Of a stretch of DNA of 47,802 nt, positions 1-9,466 are shown piece by piece; position 1 is the first letter of the stretch, and each line of letters begins with the position of its first letter. This DNA comes from an uncultured Bacteroidaceae bacterium. Its GTDB lineage: Bacteria; Bacteroidota; Bacteroidia; Bacteroidales; SM23-62. A program made the translations under genes and the position numbers. The stretch lies in contig CAZILN010000289.1 of NCBI GenBank assembly GCA_964540005.1, positions 1 through 47,802 on the forward strand, read 5' to 3'. The notes beneath the pieces are model-generated. The model saw nothing but the letters and a program-made list of their open reading frames with translations. It made no database searches and was not told where the DNA came from.

Positions 1-272
1 TTACCACAAGCACCTCTTTCTTTTTCGAACATAACCGTCCGGATACAGACCTGGAAATCATCATCCAGGTGTTTACCGTATCAGGCAAACTGGTAAAGAC
101 CATAGAACGTTATGTCAGTTCTACGGGATACCGAACCGATGCAATAGAGTGGAACGGACTTGATGACTTCGGCAGCAGGATAGGAAGGGGTGTTTATGTA
201 TACCGTGTTAAGGTCCGTACAGCTACAGGAGAAACAGTTGAGAAGTTTGAGAAACTGGTGATCCTGCGTTAG
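1..272 (+). CDS. porU: 3' end of T9SS sortase PorU (C-terminal T9SS CTD); gene starts upstream of the window
   Basis: Frame open from position 3 (TTSTSFFFEHNRPDTDLEIIIQVFTVSGKLVKTI...WNGLDDFGSRIGRGVYVYRVKV...KLVILR*). This is a typical T9SS CTD ending in KLVIL, directly upstream of porV. Confidence 0.85.
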   Translation, partial: TTSTSFFFEHNRPDTDLEIIIQVFTVSGKLVKTIERYVSSTGYRTDAIEWNGLDDFGSRIGRGVYVYRVKVRTATGETVEKFEKLVILR

Positions 273-342
273 TAATAGCAGTATGCATCCGGGAAAATTC
301 AAGGCAAATGTAATATATAGGTACCCTTTTCGTTAAATTATT

Positions 343-350
343 TATCTTTG
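343..350 (+). promoter_or_regulatory. Bacteroidota housekeeping promoter -7 box (TATCTTTG) for porV
   Basis: Exact match to TAnnTTTG, 20 nt upstream of the porV ATG. Confidence 0.6.
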
Positions 351-370
351 TTCCCCGTAATTTTGGCTAT

Positions 371-1600
371 ATGAATTTTTTACACCGCCGGTCATTTTTG
401 TTGATTTTACTGGTACTGTCACTCATCCAGTCAGGCTTTGCACAGAATGGGAGCGTGAATATTGCGGGTCAGAGATTAAATGCTATTCAGACCACGGCTC
501 CATTCCTTACCATTGCTCCCGATTCCCGTTCCGGAGCTTTGGGAGATGCCGGGGTGGCAACATCTCCTGATATCCATTCACAACATTGGAACCCTGCCAA
601 ATATGTATTTATGGATGAGTCCGGAGGAGTGGCTATGTCTTATGTGCCATGGTTAAGAGCACTTATAAATGATATTAATCTGGCATATTTATCTGCATAT
701 TATAAGTTTGATGACAAACAGGCGATTAGCGGGTCACTAAGATATTTTTCACTTGGATTAATCCATTTTACCACTCCTACAGGTGCTCCTGCCGGTCAGC
801 ACAGTCCCAATGAGTTCGCAATTGATGCAGGCTACTCACGATTATTAACAGATCACTTCTCATCTGCCATTGCCTTTCGTTTTATGAGGTCAGATTTAAC
901 GGGCGGCCAGTTTGTTAATCAGACAACAGAATCACAGGCAGGTCTGGCAATTGCAGGCGATCTTGCCTTTTATTACTACAACCAGGATATTAAGCTATCA
1001 GACAAGGACGGGGGAATTGCATTTGGTCTTAACCTGACAAATATGGGAAACAAGGTTTCCTATACCGAAACACAGGAAAAGAATTTTCTACCGATTAATA
1101 TGAGACTGGGAGGAGCATTAACAGTTGAATTGGATGATTATAATACTATGACATTTATTGCCGATCTGAATAAATTGATGGTTCCTACTCCACCGGAATA
1201 TCTTACAGATAGTTCAAATAAACCGGTTTTAGACGATAACGGAAATCAACTCATTGCATTTGGGAAAGACCCCGATGTTCCGGTACCCCTGGGTATGATT
1301 AGATCTTTCTGGGATGCGCCGGGTGTGATAAGGGAAGATGGTTCAAGGAGCGTATTCCTTGAGGAAATGCATGAGATCACCTATTCACTGGGAATGGAAT
1401 ACTGGTACAGGGAACAATTTGCAATCAGGGCAGGGTACTTTCATGAAAATCAATACAAAGGAAACCGGAAGTATTTCACAACCGGCATAGGACTGAAACT
1501 CAACGTTTTTGGCCTGGATTTTTCATACCTGATACCTGTTAAATATAACAATCCTCTGGCAAACACTCTGCGTTTTACGCTCACGTTCGCGTTTAGTTAA
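371..1600 (+). CDS. porV: Type IX secretion system outer-membrane shuttle protein PorV
   Basis: Signal peptide; motifs APFLTIAPDSRSGALGDAGVA, HWNPAKY, LINDINLAYLS, RAGYFHE..KGNRKYFT and NPLANTLRFTL; porU-porV-ispF gene order. Confidence 0.93.
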   Translation: MNFLHRRSFLLILLVLSLIQSGFAQNGSVNIAGQRLNAIQTTAPFLTIAPDSRSGALGDAGVATSPDIHSQHWNPAKYVFMDESGGVAMSYVPWLRALINDINLAYLSAYYKFDDKQAISGSLRYFSLGLIHFTTPTGAPAGQHSPNEFAIDAGYSRLLTDHFSSAIAFRFMRSDLTGGQFVNQTTESQAGLAIAGDLAFYYYNQDIKLSDKDGGIAFGLNLTNMGNKVSYTETQEKNFLPINMRLGGALTVELDDYNTMTFIADLNKLMVPTPPEYLTDSSNKPVLDDNGNQLIAFGKDPDVPVPLGMIRSFWDAPGVIREDGSRSVFLEEMHEITYSLGMEYWYREQFAIRAGYFHENQYKGNRKYFTTGIGLKLNVFGLDFSYLIPVKYNNPLANTLRFTLTFAFS

Positions 1601-1640
1601 GAAATATTGCACTTGACATGATCTTCAGCATTGCCTGCGT

Positions 1641-2120
1641 ATGGATATAAGAATAGGATTCGGTCACGATGTACACCGGCTGGTGGAAGGCAGGGAGCTT
1701 ATCCTGGGTGGTATTACGATCCCCCATAACAAAGGCTCGCTGGCTCATTCCGACGGGGACGTACTGATACATGCCATATGTGATGCCCTGCTGGGTGCAC
1801 TCGGTCTGGGTGATATCGGACAGCATTTCCCTGATACATCGCCGGAACTCAAAGGGATTGACAGCAGGATACTGCTCGACCGTACCATAGGCATGATCCA
1901 CGACAGGGGGTACGCAGTGAACAACCTCGACACCCTTGTCAGCCTTCAGAAGCCAAAGATCATGGATCACATCCCCGCCATGAAGGAGGTCCTGGCCACA
2001 CACCTTAAAACATCCGCTGCCTGCATATCTGTCAAGGCAACAACTACAGAAAAGCTGGGATTCATCGGCCGTGAAGAGGGTATTGCGGCTACTGCCGTGG
2101 TTCTGCTGAAGAAATCCTGA
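1641..2120 (+). CDS. ispF: 2-C-methyl-D-erythritol 2,4-cyclodiphosphate synthase
   Basis: RIGFGHDVH, AHSDGDVLIHAICDALLGA, GDIGQHFPDT, KATTTEKLGFIGREEG. Confidence 0.97.
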   Translation: MDIRIGFGHDVHRLVEGRELILGGITIPHNKGSLAHSDGDVLIHAICDALLGALGLGDIGQHFPDTSPELKGIDSRILLDRTIGMIHDRGYAVNNLDTLVSLQKPKIMDHIPAMKEVLATHLKTSAACISVKATTTEKLGFIGREEGIAATAVVLLKKS

Positions 2121-2160
2121 CAGAAGCGAGATCCTGACTTCTGCTTGCCATTTTTTTTAT

Positions 2161-2168
2161 TATTTTTG
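2161..2168 (+). promoter_or_regulatory. Candidate -7 box (TATTTTTG) for the CoA-binding protein gene
   Basis: TAnnTTTG match 17 nt upstream of ATG 2186, in an AT-rich stretch. Confidence 0.45.
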
Positions 2169-2185
2169 AAACAAATGCATTTTCA

Positions 2186-2545
2186 ATGGATAGAGTCCTT
2201 GTAATAGGCGCCAGTCCAAATAGTTCACGCTTCGCATATAAATGTGTCAGGAGCCTCCGCCGTCATGACTTTGAAGTGGCTGCGATCGGGAAGAGAAGAG
2301 GGAAGATCAAAGATATCAGGATAAAGAAAGGGACGCCTGAGCTTTCTGATATCGATACCGTTGTGCTTTATGTCGGTGCCTCAGAGCAGCCTGAATATTA
2401 TGAATACATACTGGGTATGAAACCCAGGCGGCTCATTTTCAATCCGGGTACCTACAACAAGGAATTCATCGACATGGCAAAAGAAAAAGGCATAGAAACC
2501 GTGGTTGACTGTGCCCTCATCATGCTCAATTCCGGAACTTTCTAG
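2186..2545 (+). CDS. CoA-binding domain protein (YccU-like)
   Basis: VLVIGASPNSSRFAY, IDTVVLYV, PRRLIFNPGT and C-terminal CALIML. Confidence 0.85.
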   Translation: MDRVLVIGASPNSSRFAYKCVRSLRRHDFEVAAIGKRRGKIKDIRIKKGTPELSDIDTVVLYVGASEQPEYYEYILGMKPRRLIFNPGTYNKEFIDMAKEKGIETVVDCALIMLNSGTF

Positions 2546-2553
2546 CCGGGGGC

Positions 2554-2964
2554 TTACAGGCGGGTATAGATGGCAGTAACATTGTCAGGTTCACCGCTGC
2601 CGTCATCTATGGAATACTGCCAGCTAATCGATTCAGTATCCCGTGAGACAGTCCCGGTACCATACACACGGTATCCCCCATCCAATACCTGATCAGGAAT
2701 GCTAAGACTGCGGTTATTTACAAATACCCCGGCGGTAGCATCAACATTATAGAAATTATCCACATAGATCCGGCTTGAATCGGAAGGTTGCCTTTCTATC
2801 TCAACAATATAGTTGGTCTTTCCGAAAACCTGGCTCTCTTCTTCAACCCTCCAGTTGTCCTCCAGGGCGCTGATGATATCTCCCCCGTCCGGATCAGGGA
2901 AGAGCTCTTCACAGGCCGTTGTCAGCAGCAGTGATGCAATAAACAGTATAAGTATTCGTCTCAT
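2554..2964 (-). CDS. Hypothetical lipoprotein (136 aa)
   Basis: Start reassigned to ATG 2964 (MRRILILFIASLLLTTAC), which gives a lipobox Cys followed by acidic residues. The longer ORF-track start overlaps hutU. Confidence 0.75.
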   Translation of the reverse strand: MRRILILFIASLLLTTACEELFPDPDGGDIISALEDNWRVEEESQVFGKTNYIVEIERQPSDSSRIYVDNFYNVDATAGVFVNNRSLSIPDQVLDGGYRVYGTGTVSRDTESISWQYSIDDGSGEPDNVTAIYTRL

Positions 2965-2974
2965 AATCTGCACT

Positions 2975-4993
2975 TTAAAAGCAGGTATCAATAATATTAT
3001 CATCCGGGATCTGTGGCATAGTAACCTGCAGTCCGGGATGCTTCCCCATTTCACTCCGTATCCGGAACATCGCGCCTTCATTTCTCGCCCAACTGCGCCT
3101 TGCAATACCATTATTTACGTCCCAGTACAACATCATTTCCAGCTTGTTGTCTGCTGAAGGGGATCCATCCAGGACCATGCCAAAACCTCCGTTGATGACC
3201 TCTCCCCAGCCTACTCCTCCTCCGTTATGTATGGAGACCCAGGTAGCTCCCCTGAAGGCGTCGCCGATGACATTCTGTATGGCCATATCAGCCGTGAACC
3301 GCGAACCGTCGTAAATGTTCGCCGTCTCACGGAAAGGGGAATCCGTTCCGCTGACATCATGGTGATCGCGTCCAAGGACGATGGGTGCTGAAATAACACC
3401 CTCCCTGACAGCCCTGTTGAAAGCCCTGGCGATCTGTATCCTCCCCTGGCAATCGGCATAAAGTATCCTGGCCTGTGACCCGACAACCAGGTCGTTCCTT
3501 CCCGCTTCCCTTATCCAGTGAATGTTATCTTCAAGCTGTCCCAGTATCTCCTTTTCGGCTGTCGGCCGGATCCCGGTAAGCACATCCAGGGCAATCCCGT
3601 CGCTTTTCTCCAGGTCAGCCGGGTCAGAAGAGGTACAAACCCAACGAAAGGGTCCGAATCCGTAATCAAAGAACAGGGGGCCCATAATATCCTCCACGTA
3701 AGAGGGATACCTGTAGCGGTCACCTTCTGCAAATACATCCGCCCCTGCCCTGCCTGATTCCAGCAGGAATGCATTTCCGTAATCCCAGAAATACATCCCC
3801 CTGTCCGACAAAATATTGATGGCTTGCACCTGCCGGTGCAGGGATCCTGCAACGAGCTCCTTAAATCCTGAAGGGTCTTCGGCCATCAGGCGGTTAGATT
3901 CCTCGAAACTTACTCCCACCGGGTAATAACCGCCCGCATAAGGATTGTGCAAAGAGGTCTGGTCGGAACCCAGTTCCACATCCACACCGCTGCTTACAAG
4001 TTTCTCCCAGAGGTCGACTATGTTGCCCTGGTATGCCAGTGATACTGCTTCTTTTTTACTGCGGGCATCCTGGCACCTTCTGATTATCTTATCGAGATCC
4101 GTATAAACCTCCTGTACCCAGCCCTGTGAATGGCGTTTCTCCACAGCCATAGGATTGATCTCTGCTACCAGGCATATCCCTCCTGCGATAACGGTGGCTT
4201 TCGGCTGTGCCCCTGACATCCCTCCGAGTCCGGATGTAACAAAGAGCTTGCCCTGCAGGTCGCCCGTATCCTCACCCGCGAGCCTTCGGCCGGCATTCAG
4301 CACTGTTATGGTGGTGCCGTGAACTATGCCCTGGGGACCGATATACATGAAGGACCCGGCGGTCATCTGTCCATACTGGCTGACTCCCAGTGCATTGAAC
4401 CTCTCATAATCCTCCTTACCTGAATAATTTGGTATGACCATCCCGTTGGAGACAACCACCCTGGGGGCATCCTTATGAGAGGGAAACAATCCGGCCGGGT
4501 GCCCGGAATTCAGTACCAGGGTCTGCTCATCTGTCATTTCCGCCAGGTATTTCATTGTCAGCAAGTACTGTGCCCAGTTCTGAAAAACCGCCCCGTTCCC
4601 GCCATAGGTGATGAGTTCATGCGGGTGCTGTGCGAGGGCTGTATCCAGGTTATTACTGAGCATCATCATGATGGCTGCAGCCTGCTGTGACTGGTGCGGA
4701 AAATCGGAGATCTTCCGTGCACTTATCTTATAATCCGGACGATACCTGTACATGTATATCCGGCCGTACTGCTGCAGCTCCGCGGCGAATTCAGGAGCAA
4801 GCAGTGCATGATGTTTCACATCAAAATACCTCAGGGCATTTCGGAGCGCCAGTTTCTTCTCTTCATTACTCAGGATGTCCTTCCGGCGCGGGGCATGGCT
4901 GATGCGGGTATCATACGGCCTGGCCGGGGGGATCTCATCAGGTATTCCCCTGAGCACGGCTTTCCTGAATGCATCTGTATTCAAAGCTGTCAC
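2975..4993 (-). CDS. hutU: Urocanate hydratase (long, Bacteroidota/eukaryote-like type)
   Basis: HPHELITYGGNG, YGQMTAGSFMYIGPQGIVHGT, GLGGMSGAQPKA, SDQTSLHN, GRDHHDVSGTDSPFRET, HNGGGVGWG. Confidence 0.96.
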   Translation of the reverse strand: MTALNTDAFRKAVLRGIPDEIPPARPYDTRISHAPRRKDILSNEEKKLALRNALRYFDVKHHALLAPEFAAELQQYGRIYMYRYRPDYKISARKISDFPHQSQQAAAIMMMLSNNLDTALAQHPHELITYGGNGAVFQNWAQYLLTMKYLAEMTDEQTLVLNSGHPAGLFPSHKDAPRVVVSNGMVIPNYSGKEDYERFNALGVSQYGQMTAGSFMYIGPQGIVHGTTITVLNAGRRLAGEDTGDLQGKLFVTSGLGGMSGAQPKATVIAGGICLVAEINPMAVEKRHSQGWVQEVYTDLDKIIRRCQDARSKKEAVSLAYQGNIVDLWEKLVSSGVDVELGSDQTSLHNPYAGGYYPVGVSFEESNRLMAEDPSGFKELVAGSLHRQVQAINILSDRGMYFWDYGNAFLLESGRAGADVFAEGDRYRYPSYVEDIMGPLFFDYGFGPFRWVCTSSDPADLEKSDGIALDVLTGIRPTAEKEILGQLEDNIHWIREAGRNDLVVGSQARILYADCQGRIQIARAFNRAVREGVISAPIVLGRDHHDVSGTDSPFRETANIYDGSRFTADMAIQNVIGDAFRGATWVSIHNGGGVGWGEVINGGFGMVLDGSPSADNKLEMMLYWDVNNGIARRSWARNEGAMFRIRSEMGKHPGLQVTMPQIPDDNIIDTCF

Positions 4994-5010
4994 ATTTAAT
5001 TTGTCTTAAA

Positions 5011-5038
5011 CAAAAGTAAGATTTAATGACTAAATTTG
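5011..5038. promoter_or_regulatory. Back-to-back divergent -7 boxes: TACTTTTG on - (5018-5011, hutU) and TAAATTTG on + (5031-5038, lemA)
   Basis: Two exact TAnnTTTG matches in the 76-bp divergent intergenic region. Confidence 0.55.
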
Positions 5039-5069
5039 TCATCAGTTTAACCTCATAAAATGTCTATCT

Positions 5070-5657
5070 ATGAAACTAATGAAACGAACATCAAAAATAA
5101 TAATGGCTTTCCTGCTGGTACCCCTGCTTACAGGATGCAGCTATAACCGCATGGTAGAGCTTGACGAGGGTGTCACGGCCCAGTGGGCCCAGGTCGAAAA
5201 TGCCTATCAGAGAAGGGCCGACCTGATCCCAAACCTTGTAAATACCGTTAAAGGCTACGCTGATTTTGAACAGGAAACACTGACCGGGGTGATCGAAGCC
5301 AGGGCCAAAGCGACCAGCGTAAACATCAATCCTGAAAACCTCGATGCCGCTGCCATCCAGCAGTTCCAGGCGGCACAGGACGGGCTCAGTTCGGCACTGT
5401 CAAGGCTGATGGTTGTCGTTGAAAGATACCCCGACCTCAAGGCCAACCAGAATTTCCTGGACCTGCAGAAACAGCTGGAAGGAACAGAAAACAGGATTGC
5501 CGTGGAGCGCAGGAAGTTTAATGATTCTACCCGGATCTATAATACTTACATCCGCAGGTTCCCTAAAAATATTGTGGCAGCTATTTTCAGCTTTGATAAA
5601 AAAGAATATTTTGAAGCAGCCGAAGGTGCAGAAACACCCCCAACAGTTGAATTCTGA
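5070..5657 (+). CDS. lemA: LemA family protein
   Basis: WAQVENAYQRRADLIPNLVNTVKGYA, YPDLKANQNFLDLQKQLEGTENRIAVER; lipobox-like LTGC. Start may be 5079. Confidence 0.95.
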   Translation: MKLMKRTSKIIMAFLLVPLLTGCSYNRMVELDEGVTAQWAQVENAYQRRADLIPNLVNTVKGYADFEQETLTGVIEARAKATSVNINPENLDAAAIQQFQAAQDGLSSALSRLMVVVERYPDLKANQNFLDLQKQLEGTENRIAVERRKFNDSTRIYNTYIRRFPKNIVAAIFSFDKKEYFEAAEGAETPPTVEF

Positions 5658-5659
5658 TC

Positions 5660-6100
5660 ATGCAACCATCAAAATTCTTCAGTAAAGAGCAAAAGGAGCT
5701 GATCACCAGGGCAGTCAGGGAAGCTGAACTCAATACCTCCGGGGAGATCAGGGTGCATATTGAGAGGAAGTGCATGGGCGAGGCCCTGGACAGGGCAAGC
5801 TACATTTTTGAAAAGTTGCATATGAACAGGACCGCCCGGCGCAACGGAGTACTCTTCTACCTGGCCATTGATGACCATGAATTTGCCATCCTCGGTGATG
5901 CCGGTATCAATGCCCTTACACCGGATGATTTTTGGAATGTCATAAGCGGGAAGATGGCTGGCCTGTTCCGTGAGGGAAGTTTCACCGAAGGCCTGGTCAC
6001 CGGCATACAGATGGCCGGAGAGCAGTTGAAAGAGCACTTCCCCTATGAGACAGATGATGTTAACGAATTATCCGATGATATTTCATTCTCAGACAAATAA
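5660..6100 (+). CDS. TPM domain (DUF477-like) protein
   Basis: AELNTSGEIRVHIE, RNGVLFYLA, NELSDDISF; usual lemA-TPM-TPM order. Confidence 0.9.
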   Translation: MQPSKFFSKEQKELITRAVREAELNTSGEIRVHIERKCMGEALDRASYIFEKLHMNRTARRNGVLFYLAIDDHEFAILGDAGINALTPDDFWNVISGKMAGLFREGSFTEGLVTGIQMAGEQLKEHFPYETDDVNELSDDISFSDK

Positions 6101-6103
6101 GAT

Positions 6104-6895
6104 ATGAGAACAGCAGTATTACTCCTTTTTATAGCCTTTGGGATCAGCTCTTATGCACAGGACATTCCTGATCCCATGCAACCGCCCAGAATGGTCAATG
6201 ACTTTTCAGAACTCCTGGCTGCCGACCAGCAGAATATGCTGGAAAAGACCCTTCAGGATTTCTATTTTGAGACCTCCTCGCAGATATATATTGTTATCCT
6301 GGACGACATCCATGGATATGACATTAGCCAGTACAGTTTCCTGCTCGGGGACAAGTGGGGTATCGGGACCAAAGGCAAGGACAACGGGATACTGATACTG
6401 CTGAACCCTTCACCGGACCGCAGGCACGGGGATGCATACATCGCCACCGGATATGGCCTGGAAGGGGCTGTCCCCGATATCACAGCCAACCATATAGTCA
6501 CATATGACCTGATCCCCCATTTCAAAAACCTTGATTATTTTGGCGGACTGATGGCTGCTTCACAGAGCATAATGGATCTGACCAGGGGAGAATATACCGC
6601 CGAGCAGTACCTTGAAAGAAAGGGGCAGTCCAGGGGAAGCCCCATAGGGATCATCTTCATTATTCCCTTTATCATCATCATTCTTTCAATCTTCGGCCGC
6701 GCACGTACCACACGCCATTCTTCAGCAGGCCGTAATCTGCCTTTCTGGCTGGCCCTGTTCATGCTGAGCGGTTCAAGGTCCTCCCACAGGGGTAGTTTCG
6801 GGAATTTCTCCTCCGGATCAGGCAGTTTCGGAGGAGGTTTCGGTGGCGGCGGTGGCGGGAGTTTTGGCGGTGGCGGAGCCGGTGGGAGCTGGTAG
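6104..6895 (+). CDS. TPM domain protein (YgcG-like) with transmembrane segment and Gly-rich tail
   Basis: VNDFSELL, WGIGTKGKDNGILIL, IATGYGLEGAVPD and C-terminal GGGSFGGGGAGGSW. Confidence 0.92.
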   Translation: MRTAVLLLFIAFGISSYAQDIPDPMQPPRMVNDFSELLAADQQNMLEKTLQDFYFETSSQIYIVILDDIHGYDISQYSFLLGDKWGIGTKGKDNGILILLNPSPDRRHGDAYIATGYGLEGAVPDITANHIVTYDLIPHFKNLDYFGGLMAASQSIMDLTRGEYTAEQYLERKGQSRGSPIGIIFIIPFIIIILSIFGRARTTRHSSAGRNLPFWLALFMLSGSRSSHRGSFGNFSSGSGSFGGGFGGGGGGSFGGGGAGGSW

Positions 6896-6899
6896 GCTG

Positions 6900-8027
6900 A
6901 TGAAGAATTTCCTTTACATATCACTACTGATCATCATTCATGCTTCATGGTCAGACCTCAGGGCAGCCGGACCCGGCGACACCAGCCGCCTGACCATAGT
7001 CTTTGCCGGCGATATAATGGGACATGATTCACAGATTGCAGCAGCCTGGTATGACAAAGACAGCTGCCATAACTACCATCCCTGTTTCAGGCATATCAAA
7101 CCCTTTTTGCAGCAGGCCGACATATCCATAGGCAACCTGGAGGTGACATTCGCAGGTCCCCCTTATAAGGGCTACCCGAAGTTTTCCAGTCCGGATGCCC
7201 TGGCCGAAGCAGCCAGTGAGGCCGGCTTCGATGTACTGCTTAACGCAAACAACCATGCCCTTGACAGGGGAAAGGAAGGAATGCTGCGTACCACCGGGGT
7301 AATGGAAGGCCGGCATATTATACACACAGGGTCGTTTACCGACCCAGTGTGCCGGGACCAGCAATACCCCCTGCTTATAGAAAAGAACAATATCCTGGTC
7401 GGGATACTGAACTATACATACGGCACCAACGGACTGGAAGCAGACACACCCCTTGTGATAAATTGCATTGACCGCAGCCTGATCAGGGAGGACCTGAAAA
7501 AGGTCCGTTCAGTCAGACCCGATTTTATCATCGTCACCATTCACTGGGGAGATGAATACGAACGAAGCCAGAATGACACCCAGGAAGGCCTTGCTGAATT
7601 CATGCTGGAAAACGGAGCCGATGCGATAATTGGCGGACACCCCCATGTCGTCCAGCCGGTGGTGATCTACAGAGATAAAGCTGAACAAGGAGATATCAGG
7701 CTGGTGGCCTATTCCCTTGGTAATTTCATATCCAACCAGCGGGAAAGGTACCGGGACGGGGGTATCGTTTTTGAACTAACACTGGAAAAAACCGACAGAA
7801 CCAGGATAAGCGACTACAGCTACCTTCCCGTGTGGGTCCACAAACCCTGGTCCCAGGGCAGGCGCAGGTTCGAGCTGGTGCCGGCCCACATCAGCCGGGA
7901 GCAGGAAGCAAGCTTTGGATTCTCCGATGATGATCTGTTAAAGTTCAGGGAGTTTGCCGATGATACACGCAAGCACCTGGATAATATAAGATCCAGCGAT
8001 TTTTACAGGGATTACTCATTCAAATAG
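6900..8027 (+). CDS. CapA/PGA_cap family metallophosphoesterase-fold protein (paralogue 1)
   Basis: GDIMGH, GNLEVT, ANNHALDRG, HWGDEY, GGHPHV, YSLGNF. Start reassigned to ATG 6900, which gives a signal peptide (MKNFLYISLLII...). Confidence 0.88.
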   Translation: MKNFLYISLLIIIHASWSDLRAAGPGDTSRLTIVFAGDIMGHDSQIAAAWYDKDSCHNYHPCFRHIKPFLQQADISIGNLEVTFAGPPYKGYPKFSSPDALAEAASEAGFDVLLNANNHALDRGKEGMLRTTGVMEGRHIIHTGSFTDPVCRDQQYPLLIEKNNILVGILNYTYGTNGLEADTPLVINCIDRSLIREDLKKVRSVRPDFIIVTIHWGDEYERSQNDTQEGLAEFMLENGADAIIGGHPHVVQPVVIYRDKAEQGDIRLVAYSLGNFISNQRERYRDGGIVFELTLEKTDRTRISDYSYLPVWVHKPWSQGRRRFELVPAHISREQEASFGFSDDDLLKFREFADDTRKHLDNIRSSDFYRDYSFK

Positions 8028-9466
8028 GGAGCGATGCGCTGCAATCCGGATTCCACCTGCAATTCTATCCCACGCTTATAATACTCCTTTTCCACGGCCA
8101 GGCATGAACGATACCAGCCTGCTGCCATTTGATACTGCCCGCTTTCCTCTGCTATGATTCCAAGCTGCAGCATAGAATTCGAAGCAAAGAAGCCTCTTTG
8201 GTCACCCTCTGATAAGAGTACCTTATGATAATATGCCACAGCTTCCTCAAGATCCCCGTATCCATGGTACAACCTTGCCAGCCTGTAATCACGTTCTGTC
8301 CTGTCTCTATCACTGGCATATATGGTCAGGGGATGAGCCAGCAATAATTCTATACCCTTCTCATAATATCCCCCGTCGTGATACAGCCTGGCAGCCAGCA
8401 GTCCGGGATCCGGTGCATAACCATCTTTTGCTTCCATGACAGCCTGCCGGTCTGCCTCAACCAACACCGGTCCGGGTGTCAGAACCCTTTCTCTCATCTC
8501 CTGGTAGAGTTCCTGCTCATCATTCAGGAGATAGAACCATGACAGTTTGTGACAGGCTGTTTTGATATAATTCTTTCCGCTGTGCTTTTCCAGGAAAAGC
8601 TCCAGGCAGGTCCCCGCATCCTTGTCCAGGCGGTTCAGTTTCGCCTCCCCCATGAGGAGATAAACGTAAGGAAAACCTCGGGCATTCGCCTTTTCTTCCA
8701 GTGATGACAGTATGCTGATGGCTTCTTCATTATGCCTGGCTTTCATAGCAGCCAGGGTACGAAAATACATCGAAAGGAAGCTTGTATCAACTGCTGCACG
8801 GGAGGTTTCGATAAACTCCCAGGCAGCATGCCGGTCCGGGTTAAACTGAAGATATGAGAGGGTGAGTATCAGGACAGCCTCCAGTTCCTGGTCAGTGGAA
8901 CATTCCCGGTAATAGTCCCTTAGTTTCGCCTGTCCCGATCCGATGCTCCCCGAGATCCCGGCCCACCTGAGCACCCATGAATAGTCGGCCGGGACCGACC
9001 CGGCGATGAGTTCAAGGACTCCCCGGGCCTTTAATCCGGGTACATAATCCGGATACCTTCCCATGTTGTATTCGGTTATACGCCAGGCCGTGTAAAAATT
9101 CCGTATGGCTTTCCACCTGTCATCCTGGTCCATATTAAGGATGGATGACTGTAAAAACATCAGGCTCATCATATTGAGCCAGGCCGGTTCATCTGTTTCC
9201 AGTTCTTTCATCTGCCGGGTGTACCGGGCAGAAAGGCTCTGATATTCTTTGTAGGATCCCTCATCCCCGGCGATCAGGGTTTTCAGGAATAAGAGGTAAT
9301 TACTTAAATAGGGATAAGAAAAAGAATAAGCTGTTTCAATCCATGTGGTGCTGAGTAGTTCTTCAGCTTCATTAAACTGAATATCGAACAGTAAGGATTC
9401 TACACTCTTTTGTGATGAGACAGGAGAAAAAAGAAAAATAAGACATATGATGATAGCAGTCCTCAA
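8012..9466 (-). CDS. Secreted TPR-repeat protein
   Basis: 484-aa ORF with TTG start, a signal peptide (...VSS/QK) and helical TPR-like repeats (YRLARLYHGYGDLEEAVAYY, LQLGIIAEESGQYQMAAGWY). Confidence 0.75.
   Translation of the reverse strand: MRTAIIICLIFLFSPVSSQKSVESLLFDIQFNEAEELLSTTWIETAYSFSYPYLSNYLLFLKTLIAGDEGSYKEYQSLSARYTRQMKELETDEPAWLNMMSLMFLQSSILNMDQDDRWKAIRNFYTAWRITEYNMGRYPDYVPGLKARGVLELIAGSVPADYSWVLRWAGISGSIGSGQAKLRDYYRECSTDQELEAVLILTLSYLQFNPDRHAAWEFIETSRAAVDTSFLSMYFRTLAAMKARHNEEAISILSSLEEKANARGFPYVYLLMGEAKLNRLDKDAGTCLELFLEKHSGKNYIKTACHKLSWFYLLNDEQELYQEMRERVLTPGPVLVEADRQAVMEAKDGYAPDPGLLAARLYHDGGYYEKGIELLLAHPLTIYASDRDRTERDYRLARLYHGYGDLEEAVAYYHKVLLSEGDQRGFFASNSMLQLGIIAEESGQYQMAAGWYRSCLAVEKEYYKRGIELQVESGLQRIAPYLNE

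Noticed and set aside
2121-2160. Possible terminator after ispF (CAGAAG...CTTCTG plus T run)
   Set aside because: 6-bp stem with an 11-nt loop and the T tract 7 nt away; too weak to call.
6780-6895. Gly-rich low-complexity GGC repeats
   Set aside because: This is the normal C-terminal tail of YgcG/TPM proteins.
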